Below are positions 9,296 through 17,695 of a stretch of 36,938 nucleotides of DNA, piece by piece. The DNA comes from a virus (Duplodnaviria > Caudoviricetes): positions 1 through 36,938 of the IMG/VR virus record IMGVR_UViG_3300021476_000012; one strand, written 5' to 3'. Made by a program: the position numbers and the translations under genes. Under the pieces are notes generated by a model. That model made no database searches, was not told the origin of the DNA, and worked only from the letters and a program-made list of their open reading frames with translations. Every line of letters begins with the position of its first letter. Within the stretch, counting starts at the first letter, position 1.

Positions 9296-10986
9296 TGTCT
9301 TATGTTTAAAATCCCATCCGTTGCAACAAACCGACCAAGCCCCCAAAATTTAAACTGCGGCGTGAAATCATTTGCAAGACCACATTGCCACCATTGTATT
9401 TTGTTTTTTCGTTTACCCAATGGATTTAATGTATAAGAAAAATCACTGCCAAACGCAGCACCACCATCAATAGAAATAGACAAATCTACACGAGGCAGTA
9501 CGTTTTCCAATAATGGCTGTTCAGAGATGAGATTAAATACATCGGTATTGTCAACTTGTTCAGATATAAGTAACTTATTGTCTTCACTGATAAGATAGTT
9601 ATTATCTTCTGTTTGTAAAAGTATTGCGCCAGCTTCTGTTATTAACAAGTTTCCATTTTCAGCTTCCAAATAAATCGTATCGATAGCTTGTTGTTGATAA
9701 GGTGTTTCGCCTTGCTCGATAGTAAACCCTAAATCATTTGCAACAAAATATTCTTGTGATGGCAACCTTACTGATTTACATGTCCTAATGCGTGGGATTT
9801 CATTTCCATTATAGGTTGTATAGATTGTATCAAACGCATATAAATTACCATTGTTTTTAGTCACGAAATAATATTGATTGTTAAAAAAGGCAACTTGTCC
9901 TGCAATGAAATAATCCAAGTTCTCATCAGATGCATTGTAAATTTTTCCTGTGTTAAAATCGTAGAACAAAGAAAAATTATCAGTATAAAAATTAAGATGA
10001 TAAAAAAGGTGTCCATCTTGTCGATAGAGAAATCCTTGAGAATCAGCGGGATTTTGTAATTGTGAAAACAGATAATCTATACCGTCCGTAGATATTTTTT
10101 GAGGTTCACCACCAGTTGAGTAAAGTATGACGGGGCCTGATTTTTCATTTTGCGCCAACCAGACGACAATATTGTCCATCGAAGCAATCGTAGCCGGATT
10201 GATACAACCATAGTCCACACTATAAGAACTGCTACGTTGATAAGGGAACAATTGATAACCGACATCATACCATGGCTCACTTACCGTTGATCCCATGACT
10301 AATATCATGTTGCCTCTTGATGGGAACCTTACGACGGCTTGGACATTATCGGGCTTAGTCTGTAACAATCCAATATTTGCAGCATTGTCTGGCCATTGTA
10401 GCCCATTGTTTTGGGCTGATAACCGCCAAGTATTATTAGCAGCAGGACTGTAAAATAAATCATTGCTCGCAGCACATATAAGATAAGTATCGTGAAAATC
10501 AATATATCCAGGCGTAAATGAAATCGGGACTGTGCCATCTTTTGTTGCTACCTGAAACATAGGGTTAGTTGAAGGATCATAAATATAAATCTGAAACCCA
10601 TCTGAAATGGCTATTTGAGGTTTATTATTTTCAGCAATATACACAACGCCCGTATTGGTCTGCAATGTGCCGATGGGCACTGCAGATTGGTCTCGTGTCA
10701 TTGCTAAATTCTGATCAAAAAAGATATTAACTAAGTACACTGTATTGTCGATAACAACGACCAAACGATTAAGCTTAGGGCTATAATGCACTCCACGCCC
10801 AGACAGACCATTAAGAAAACGAGAAGCCGCAATCCCAACTTGATACCCAGCATAAGGCACCATCCAATTGTCACTGACAAACATGTTGAGGGTTTTTTCG
10901 ATGGAAATCTTAGGATAACGACCAAATACCGAGCTACCAACCACATTGATTGGCATTTGTTTGAAATTTTGGCCTCGACCGATCAT
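9292..10986 (-). CDS. Tail hub / DNA stabilization protein, P22 gp10-like
   Basis: Beta-propeller-like 564 aa; YRQDGHLFY and LSISIDGGAAFG motifs; follows adaptor gene. Confidence 0.8.
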   Translation of the reverse strand: MIGRGQNFKQMPINVVGSSVFGRYPKISIEKTLNMFVSDNWMVPYAGYQVGIAASRFLNGLSGRGVHYSPKLNRLVVVIDNTVYLVNIFFDQNLAMTRDQSAVPIGTLQTNTGVVYIAENNKPQIAISDGFQIYIYDPSTNPMFQVATKDGTVPISFTPGYIDFHDTYLICAASNDLFYSPAANNTWRLSAQNNGLQWPDNAANIGLLQTKPDNVQAVVRFPSRGNMILVMGSTVSEPWYDVGYQLFPYQRSSSYSVDYGCINPATIASMDNIVVWLAQNEKSGPVILYSTGGEPQKISTDGIDYLFSQLQNPADSQGFLYRQDGHLFYHLNFYTDNFSLFYDFNTGKIYNASDENLDYFIAGQVAFFNNQYYFVTKNNGNLYAFDTIYTTYNGNEIPRIRTCKSVRLPSQEYFVANDLGFTIEQGETPYQQQAIDTIYLEAENGNLLITEAGAILLQTEDNNYLISEDNKLLISEQVDNTDVFNLISEQPLLENVLPRVDLSISIDGGAAFGSDFSYTLNPLGKRKNKIQWWQCGLANDFTPQFKFWGLGRFVATDGILNIRQ

Positions 10987-11031
10987 CCTTGATCTCCATG
11001 AGGAAATGTTCTATGTGGAACAATTATATCA

Positions 11032-11100
11032 TTAACTTAATATACAATATGCTGCCCATGAACAAAACATTATCCAACCTAGCATGTATATAAAATACAT
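11032..11100 (-). CDS. 22-aa hydrophobic peptide MYFIYMLGWIMFCSWAAYCILS (not in ORF track)
   Basis: GGAG at 11110-11113, 9 nt before ATG; single TM-like. Confidence 0.4.
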   Translation of the reverse strand: MYFIYMLGWIMFCSWAAYCILS

Positions 11101-11140
11101 TTTTATGTTCTCCAAGTTTTGTCCGTCCTTGTGATATAAA

Positions 11141-11365
11141 TTAATCCTTACCAAAATAATACCCAATAATTAATGTCGCAAATGATGGTAAAATTGTTTT
11201 GCAAATTTCAAATACCATATTTCCTTTCCATATTAATTCAGAAATACAACCTAATATGAAAAGAGCAAAAACAATAAATAAAATCCATTTAGCAAAAATT
11301 AATAAATCTTTATCAGTAACATTTTTTTCATGAAATGACTTTTTCTCATTTATTATGTCATTCAT
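11141..11365 (-). CDS. Two-TM small membrane protein (moron)
   Basis: Two hydrophobic segments; very AT-rich; overlaps RHH gene stop. Confidence 0.7.
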   Translation of the reverse strand: MNDIINEKKSFHEKNVTDKDLLIFAKWILFIVFALFILGCISELIWKGNMVFEICKTILPSFATLIIGYYFGKD

Positions 11366-11591
11366 AATTAAGGCCTGTTATTAATACTTGTCTTTTTTTA
11401 CCTTTACTATCAGCAAGAATAACCGATCCGCCTTTAATTATTTCATTGATTATCATTTCTGTTATATCAAATGATCTTCTAACAGCATCAGATCGACTAG
11501 CGGCTTTTGTTAAAACTTGAAGCCTATCTATTTGCTTCAAGGTCTCTTCTTTTACGCGAATTTGTAATAATTCTGTCTTTAATTCATTCAT
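11358..11591 (-). CDS. Ribbon-helix-helix (CopG/Arc-like) regulator (moron)
   Basis: LLQIRV-KEETLKQIDRL-SRSDAVRRS pattern; GAGG RBS before ATG 11591. Confidence 0.75.
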   Translation of the reverse strand: MNELKTELLQIRVKEETLKQIDRLQVLTKAASRSDAVRRSFDITEMIINEIIKGGSVILADSKGKKRQVLITGLNYE

Positions 11592-11622
11592 TATATTGCC
11601 TCGTTTATAAATAACGAATGAC

Positions 11623-11653
11623 ATTATATTGTAATTAAAATGCCATTACAATA
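11623..11653 (-). promoter_or_regulatory. Sigma70 promoter TTGTAA-17-TATAAT overlapped by 9-bp inverted repeat operator
   Basis: -35 at 11651-11646, -10 at 11628-11623; TATTGTAAT(11627-35)/ATTACAATA(11645-53). Confidence 0.7.
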
Positions 11654-11678
11654 AATATAGTTTTATTATTAAAATCAA

Positions 11679-12677
11679 CTAACTAGGTCTCCAGCCAAGG
11701 CCTAAATTTACATCGCCGTAATTCAACCCTGCTTGCTCACAAAGTACCGAACTCTTGATTATCGACAAATCAGGCGGTGATTCAAGCATCAATTTCCGTT
11801 CGTATTTCTTCAATATCTTTTCAGATTCGGGATTGAACAATACGCCATACTCGGAGCACATCATTTGTGCAAGGCCGTATCGCAAATATTCAATATAGGA
11901 CGTATCAAATCCTGCATTATTGGATTGCAAGAAGCTATAATTTGACCTATTAGCTTGGACGACTGCCCCAGCTCCGCCGCCACCTGTAATTGCCACGGTC
12001 GGTGTAGAGGTATATCCGCTGCCAGCATTGATCAAATTAATGCTCGTAATGCTGCCGTTATTAATATTTGCAAATGCTTCAGCTTGCGTGCCATTGGTTA
12101 TATTGGGGGCTGAAATGGTAACAGTAGGAAGCGACGTATAACCTGTACCTGGATTTGTGATTGTGAAGTTAGATACAAATCCCGCTGCAAATAATTGATA
12201 AACATTAGTGAGGTCAGTATCTAATTGAACATCATTTAAAAACAGCTTCACCATTAACTTAAATGTTTGGATTTGTGCTGATGGTAAAAAGTATGTTGCA
12301 AATGTGCCGCCACCTTGGCCACGATTAAAGTTCCAAGAAAATGGCAATGTCTGGATATTGTCTACGCGTGATGAGCCATAATAATTTCGTCTTGTAACTG
12401 AATCCATTGGATATCGCACAACACCAATGTTGAAAGTAATTGATTCAATCCCAACAGCGTTTGGCAAGAAATAATATTCTTGTCCAGTAATCGGATTGAT
12501 TTGAATATATGTCCAATATGGGATCAGGTCGGTTTCGATTTGTTTGAAATCTAACAACGCATTAAGCAACGCCAAACCATCAGTAATTTGATCACCCGTA
12601 ACCGTTTGCAGATTACGGGCGACGATTCCTGATAGATACCAAGAGTTTGTAACGAGCGTTTGCGCAAGATATGCCAT
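11679..12677 (-). CDS. Head-tail adaptor (P22 gp4 position) with inserted GTGYTS-repeat domain
   Basis: Start MAYLAQTLV with RBS hairpin; DGLALLNALLD N-terminal and YLRYGLAQMMCSEYG C-terminal adaptor motifs. Confidence 0.7.
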   Translation of the reverse strand: MAYLAQTLVTNSWYLSGIVARNLQTVTGDQITDGLALLNALLDFKQIETDLIPYWTYIQINPITGQEYYFLPNAVGIESITFNIGVVRYPMDSVTRRNYYGSSRVDNIQTLPFSWNFNRGQGGGTFATYFLPSAQIQTFKLMVKLFLNDVQLDTDLTNVYQLFAAGFVSNFTITNPGTGYTSLPTVTISAPNITNGTQAEAFANINNGSITSINLINAGSGYTSTPTVAITGGGGAGAVVQANRSNYSFLQSNNAGFDTSYIEYLRYGLAQMMCSEYGVLFNPESEKILKKYERKLMLESPPDLSIIKSSVLCEQAGLNYGDVNLGLGWRPS

Positions 12678-12696
12678 AAGACATTCCTTGTCATCA

Positions 12697-13557
12697 TTAC
12701 ACCAATGCTGGATATGCCGTGTTAGATACGCCAGTCCAAGCAACTACTGATACGCTTACCGCATCACTTGCTGATGTCACTAAATAATCAAACTCTGGCT
12801 TGCTCGATCCGACACCTAAGATCAACTGCATGTATTGGGTTTGTGCAACACCTGCAACAGCACCAACAATAGTGGTTACGTTAGTGGTGGCTGAACTTCC
12901 AGTTGGTCTGAATTGAACAACGTCACCTGCTGCAACCGGAGTAAATGTTACCTGTAAAGACGCGATAACATTACGCAGAGTAGTGGTAGGAATTGGAGTT
13001 GAACAATCAACCGCAGTGAAGGAAGTCGCATTACCGCCGGACAAAACCGAACTTGCTGCAAGATAATAAGTCAATGCGCCAGACATGTTCTGTGGCTTAT
13101 GCGTTGCATAAACAAAATGGCTTGAGCCATCAGTTTGAATGAAACCAAGTAAACGAAGAGTGTCATATCCTAATGGAACAATAGGAGCAGTATTACTCGT
13201 TAAACTTAATAATCCTGCTGGATTTTTTAAGTTGCGTGAATCTGCAATTAAATAAATTGCATAGTCTGTACTAGCAGCAAGTGATCCAGTATCAAGGCCA
13301 TTCACACCATTAACTGCTGAGTTAATCAAAATAGGTGGCTGATAATTCACAGCTAATGGCGCTGGAATGTTCAAGCCAAATAAATTTGAATTGCCTACTT
13401 CAATATCAATTGTATTGAATTGATCACGTGCAGCACCTGGAGCAATGGCCAATACAGTAGTTGAATAAACAGAAATATTTAATTTATCAATATACAATCG
13501 TGGTAATTGAATAATCGGATTGTTTTGAATCGTTGGAGAAAAAGTCGATGAAGTCAT
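12697..13557 (-). CDS. Virion structural protein (decoration/fibre-like)
   Basis: NGLDTGSLAASTDYAIYLI motif; directly after coat gene. Confidence 0.6.
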   Translation of the reverse strand: MTSSTFSPTIQNNPIIQLPRLYIDKLNISVYSTTVLAIAPGAARDQFNTIDIEVGNSNLFGLNIPAPLAVNYQPPILINSAVNGVNGLDTGSLAASTDYAIYLIADSRNLKNPAGLLSLTSNTAPIVPLGYDTLRLLGFIQTDGSSHFVYATHKPQNMSGALTYYLAASSVLSGGNATSFTAVDCSTPIPTTTLRNVIASLQVTFTPVAAGDVVQFRPTGSSATTNVTTIVGAVAGVAQTQYMQLILGVGSSKPEFDYLVTSASDAVSVSVVAWTGVSNTAYPALV

Positions 13558-13587
13558 GTTCGTGTCCTCTAAAATCCTTTAAGTAAG

Positions 13588-13614
13588 AGGGCGCTCTAAT
13601 AAAGGATGCGCCCT
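13588..13614 (-). terminator. Hairpin after coat gene (partial terminator or mRNA stabiliser)
   Basis: AGGGCGC/GCGCCCT stem; weak U tail. Confidence 0.5.
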
Positions 13615-13623
13615 TGTCCTTTA

Positions 13624-14940
13624 TTAGCCTTGAGACAATGGCACTAATAAACGGCCTGAGTACTCAGGTACGACCATCGATCCCCAAGTATTGTCATAGA
13701 TCATGCCAGTTTGGTTTTGGCCAAAGAGAGAACCATAAGTCAAACGCATAGAGACGCCGGTTTCTGGGTCATATTCATTGGCTGTATCAAACGGGTCTTG
13801 TTCAGGTAATTGAGGCATTGCAATGTAGAAAGCATCGCCACCAACAATCATTCCTGCTCTATGAGATGGGAAAGTCAATAACTGCATGCCAGCAACAATC
13901 GGAGTATTGATGTTTTGGTTAGCACCACCTGCCCAGTTAAGAGGATTATTTAAACTAATTGTCACGTTACCAGCACTATTTGCTGCTGCATTCGCAGTTG
14001 CCATGAACTGACAAGGATTGGCAGATTGCGCATGGCCAATGAAAGTCAGATATCTAACATTAGTCTGGCCTGATACACCATCTTTAAATTGGAACGCATC
14101 ACCTTGGAACACTGCATTTGCATCGGATGCAGTCGCGCCTGATACAGTGATTTGTGTGACATTTTGACCAGTCGGATCATTGACACTGACGACAGTCAAT
14201 GTTTGAGCATTAACACCCGTGTCACCTGATACGTGGATTGGCAATAAGTTAGATTGATAGTAATGGACTAAAGGTGTACCAAAATCACCTACTTCCCATG
14301 ACATGGCAATATCATCGTTACGTCGTGGCACGAATTGGTTCAGGCCATTGCCCACAATTGCCGGGACAATTGTGTCTGGCAGATAGAATTTAATACCTTC
14401 TGCAACACTGCCAAAGTTCTTGAAGAACATAATGAACTGAGCAAGCTGTTGATATGAAGTAATTGGCGTGCTACCGTCACCAAAAAACCGGAATGGCCCC
14501 GAAAATGTATTTACTGTATTTGTCAACTGACTGATCACACCAGAAATGGCATTCAGCGCAATATTTACTTCGATTTGATTGGCAAGCTCAGCCATCGCTG
14601 ATTTACCGAACACACGCATATAATCTTCTTCGCCTTTTTCTAAGTTGAAGATTCTTTGTTGCGCGGTCACTGCAAAAGAGGTATTAGCCGCTTGGTCACA
14701 AGCCAATGTCTGTACACGTTGTACGGCGGGTTCAAATGCTGCAACGAGCCCAGCAGTGGTGGTAAACCGTGGCGGCAAATCGAATGTCACCGTTGATCCA
14801 AGGTTTGCTTGAATTTTATCGAAATCTTTGAAACGAGTATTTGCGGTTGAAACAAAACAACATAAATTAAGCAATAGCGCTAACGATGAACGTTGATAAG
14901 TTTGTACCGTTTGTAAAATATTACTTGGTAAAACAGCCAT
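13624..14940 (-). CDS. Major capsid protein, P22 coat-like
   Basis: 438 aa; ANLGSTVTFDLPPRF and AMAELANQIE motifs; follows scaffold. Confidence 0.88.
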   Translation of the reverse strand: MAVLPSNILQTVQTYQRSSLALLLNLCCFVSTANTRFKDFDKIQANLGSTVTFDLPPRFTTTAGLVAAFEPAVQRVQTLACDQAANTSFAVTAQQRIFNLEKGEEDYMRVFGKSAMAELANQIEVNIALNAISGVISQLTNTVNTFSGPFRFFGDGSTPITSYQQLAQFIMFFKNFGSVAEGIKFYLPDTIVPAIVGNGLNQFVPRRNDDIAMSWEVGDFGTPLVHYYQSNLLPIHVSGDTGVNAQTLTVVSVNDPTGQNVTQITVSGATASDANAVFQGDAFQFKDGVSGQTNVRYLTFIGHAQSANPCQFMATANAAANSAGNVTISLNNPLNWAGGANQNINTPIVAGMQLLTFPSHRAGMIVGGDAFYIAMPQLPEQDPFDTANEYDPETGVSMRLTYGSLFGQNQTGMIYDNTWGSMVVPEYSGRLLVPLSQG

Positions 14941-15018
14941 GTTAAATGCTCCTAACTATTAGTCCATAAATAGTTCGGATGTAGCTGTGTTAAGTTTCCT
15001 TGGCCTGATTTAAAGTCA

Positions 15019-15783
15019 CTAGACTCTAAACCTCGGGTCTCTCCGATAATCTTTGACCGCCTTAACACCACTATCCGTTCCAGTGTTAGAAGGCCTCATT
15101 TGAGTCAATGGCGCATTGGGTTGACGTACTTTTGTTGCTTCCTCATTGTCCTTGATGGATTGTGCGAGTCTTTTCGCAGCAACAATTGCATCTTTTGGCG
15201 ATAATAAGGCTAGCTGTTCAAGGTTAGCCATCTTTGTACGATCACTACCAAGTGCATACAGTACATCATGGGAATTTTCTACATAGTCTCCCAATAGCTG
15301 TATAACATTTGGAAACCGTTGCAAATCTATATCACCAGTCACTGAATCAAAGTCTTGATATTTCTCTTTACCAGGTGCAATTTTCGTCCAGAAATTTTGC
15401 ACAGTCCGTTGCGCATTCTCAGCTTGCGTACGTTCTTGGGCGTCCTTTATCCAATCATCACGTAAGCGCTGTGCTTCCTCAGCAGCAATCTGTCTATAAT
15501 GAGCATCATTGTTGGCAGGCTGGCTAATCGGCTGTTGAATCGCTGTTTCACCATACTTTTGCTGCAAATATTGAGGCTGCTCTGTTTGCATCCTCTTATA
15601 TCGTGCTTCAACATCATGTTTTGCACGCTGAACGATGTCATTGACTTCAGATTGCCTGAATGTCCTTTCTTCTGGAGCATTATAAGATTGTGCTGGTTGA
15701 GCACTTTCATTTGTTCCAGAGCTTACAACTGGTTGCGAGTTTGTATCTTGACTTTGGCCCATTCCATTAGCCATATCATTCAT
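15019..15783 (-). CDS. Scaffolding protein
   Basis: Disordered N-terminus, TFRQSEVNDIV coiled coil, basic C-terminal tail, directly upstream of coat. Confidence 0.8.
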   Translation of the reverse strand: MNDMANGMGQSQDTNSQPVVSSGTNESAQPAQSYNAPEERTFRQSEVNDIVQRAKHDVEARYKRMQTEQPQYLQQKYGETAIQQPISQPANNDAHYRQIAAEEAQRLRDDWIKDAQERTQAENAQRTVQNFWTKIAPGKEKYQDFDSVTGDIDLQRFPNVIQLLGDYVENSHDVLYALGSDRTKMANLEQLALLSPKDAIVAAKRLAQSIKDNEEATKVRQPNAPLTQMRPSNTGTDSGVKAVKDYRRDPRFRV

Positions 15784-15935
15784 AATGATTTCCTTCTGAC
15801 TATTGCCCCGTCACGGTAGTGCCTCTCAAACGCGAGAGTCTCGGCCATTTCATCCCTACGCATGGCTGCGTTGATTATTTCCCCATCACGGTTAAGCCCT
15901 GCTTACGCACAGGTCTCGATGAACATCTTGTTCAT
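15784..15935 (-). ncRNA. Structured 5' leader with two 43-nt copies of a covarying motif
   Basis: 15801-15843 and 15876-15918 share CGAGAC-stem/GCGUWW loop-GGC-N3-ACCGUGAYGGGGMAAUA. Confidence 0.65.
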
Positions 15936-15941
15936 ATTAGT

Positions 15942-15969
15942 ATTTTAAATTTGTCTAAATTAATTGCAA
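15942..15969 (-). promoter_or_regulatory. Putative promoter TTGCAA-16-TAAAAT for scaffold/coat operon
   Basis: Would start transcription near 15935, the edge of the structured leader. Confidence 0.45.
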
Positions 15970-16053
15970 AAATGATTGGTGGGATTTATAGTGAATTGGG
16001 AAAATTATGAGATTTATTTTGTATTAGTACTTTTTAAAAGGATTTAAAAAGGT

Positions 16054-16254
16054 ATGCGTATGATCGATGGCGTTAAATATATCAATGAAAAAGAAGCCTC
16101 GAATTTCTATGGTTATTCAAAATCTTGGTTCTCCCTCATGCGTTCCAAAAAGAAAGGCCCCCCTTTTATAAAGCTAAAATCCGGTCGTATTTTTTATTCA
16201 ATGAACCAAATCGAAGAATGGTTCAAAAATCAAATTGAATTAAATGAATTTTAA
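16054..16254 (+). CDS. AlpA/excisionase-like HTH DNA-binding protein
   Basis: YINEKEASNFYGYSKSWF...KKGPPFIKL.SGRIFYS...IEEW pattern; RBS hairpin CUUUUUAA-AAGGAU-UUAAAAAG at 16030-16051. Confidence 0.85.
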   Translation: MRMIDGVKYINEKEASNFYGYSKSWFSLMRSKKKGPPFIKLKSGRIFYSMNQIEEWFKNQIELNEF

Positions 16255-16463
16255 TTTAACCTTAACTTAAATCTAGGAGTAATTTTTAATGGAATACAAT
16301 TTTAGTGGATTGTGCGCAGATCAAATTGAAAAGAAGAAGAATTAAAAATAAAAATTTCTGATTTACTTAACGATACAGCTAACAAAACATCTATTTTCTA
16401 AAAAGAATGCATGAATAAAATTCAGAGAAACATTCAAGAAGTTATTAAGTAATTTAATAGAAT

Positions 16464-16484
16464 GCCCCAGGATTTACCTGGGGT
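16464..16484. terminator. Hairpin between convergent units
   Basis: CCCCAGG-attta-CCTGGGG. Confidence 0.65.
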
Positions 16485-16527
16485 GTGTCTTATTACCTAA
16501 TAAGTTAATATTAGAATGAATAAGCGA

Positions 16528-17628
16528 TTAAATCGTTGCAGTGATGATAATGTAGTTCACTGTAATAACAACTGTTGATGATGCTGACCCACCAGTGAAT
16601 GCACCGGTTTGATTACTAAAGAAAAGCCCAGTATTTGTCACGCCAGTGATTGCATTCGCAGTATTACCATTTAAGAAATAAACTTGTGATGCAGCCGCAG
16701 TAATTTCAGCAGCAGGAATAGTTGCTGCTAGAGCATTAGTACCAGCACCATGAATAGTATTTCCGTATTGAACAATAGCAACACCACCACCTGCAAATGC
16801 TGAAGTTTGGAAGTTCGTATAAATAGAAGCTTCTGTTACCATAATAACTTTACCAGCACCAGGAGCGCCTAGCAGAGCAACAGGTGCGCCAAATGCACCT
16901 TGTACTGCTGCTTGGTTTAGAGTAAAAGTTTGCGTGAATTGTTGAATATTGGCCGCACTTATACCTGAATCAACCACTAATCCTGCAGTTCCAGATGCTT
17001 GCACTAAGTTACCACTAACTAAAGCAGATGGCGCTTCAAGAATATTGGCTGTTGCACCACCTGGATCAGCTAAGCTCCAAGTAGTAGCTTGTCCAAGAGA
17101 GGCATTACTAATAATACCGTTGAAATTACCACCACTATTCACAGCTTTTAACTGCAAAGTACCTGATGCCGCAGTCCCTGGGAAACTAATCAATGCGCCT
17201 GCTGTTCCTGACAATCCAGCCTGAATATTGCCGCCATTAATAGCAGTAGCAGGATCGGAGTAAATCTGACCAGTAGTGCCGTTGAAAGCTGCAATATGGT
17301 TAGCAACGACCGGTAATAAAACGTTACCAGGATTAGTATATTCAGTTAAGGTAATCACACCATTTGAAAATGATGGCGTAAAAGAAGCCAGCGTTCCAGG
17401 GCTAGATGGACTAACATATCCATACCACATATCAATGATATCAGTTGAATAGAATGCAAAGCCTTGCAAGAAAGTCGGTATATAGCCCGCAGTCGTTACA
17501 GTCGTTAAATTGTCCGTCACAACCATTTTCACGCGTCGAGGAGAGACACCACCAATAGGCTGTTGTGAGGCATTATTAATAATGCCAACTTGACCCGCTA
17601 CATCGGTAGTGAGTGATAATATTGCCAT
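16528..17628 (-). CDS. Virion structural protein (head fibre/decoration-like)
   Basis: G/A/T/S-rich 366 aa; GLVVDSGIS and LLGAPGAGKVIMV motifs; RBS hairpin 17628-17647. Confidence 0.6.
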   Translation of the reverse strand: MAILSLTTDVAGQVGIINNASQQPIGGVSPRRVKMVVTDNLTTVTTAGYIPTFLQGFAFYSTDIIDMWYGYVSPSSPGTLASFTPSFSNGVITLTEYTNPGNVLLPVVANHIAAFNGTTGQIYSDPATAINGGNIQAGLSGTAGALISFPGTAASGTLQLKAVNSGGNFNGIISNASLGQATTWSLADPGGATANILEAPSALVSGNLVQASGTAGLVVDSGISAANIQQFTQTFTLNQAAVQGAFGAPVALLGAPGAGKVIMVTEASIYTNFQTSAFAGGGVAIVQYGNTIHGAGTNALAATIPAAEITAAASQVYFLNGNTANAITGVTNTGLFFSNQTGAFTGGSASSTVVITVNYIIITATI

Positions 17629-17695
17629 TTTGAATTCCTTTTCAAAAGTTGATGCTTAAATGAATCAGCTACAAGTTGATGTCTCTGTAATTCAA

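Noticed and set aside
10995-11031. Phage-encoded CsrA-sponge sRNA
   Set aside because: Only two GGA motifs on the + strand and no promoter or terminator. I found no multi-GGA sRNA by eye anywhere in the window.
15801-15918. Two 43-nt repeats with a 32-nt spacer as a mini-CRISPR, or as a tRNA
   Set aside because: The copies differ at many stem positions in a compensatory way, there are no cas genes, and no cloverleaf or T-loop motif is present.
15819-16010. 63-aa + strand ORF
   Set aside because: GTG start without SD, antisense to the structured leader and promoter.
16289-16452. ORF after a strong AGGAG (MEYNFSGLCADQIEKKKN) with coding-like sequence continuing in another frame
   Set aside because: Only 18 codons, and the continuation has a further stop. 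May be a decayed gene, but it cannot be supported.
16845-16870. GAPGAGKV as a Walker A motif in 16528..17628
   Set aside because: Lacks the S/T after K and has no ATPase context; the protein is fibre-like.
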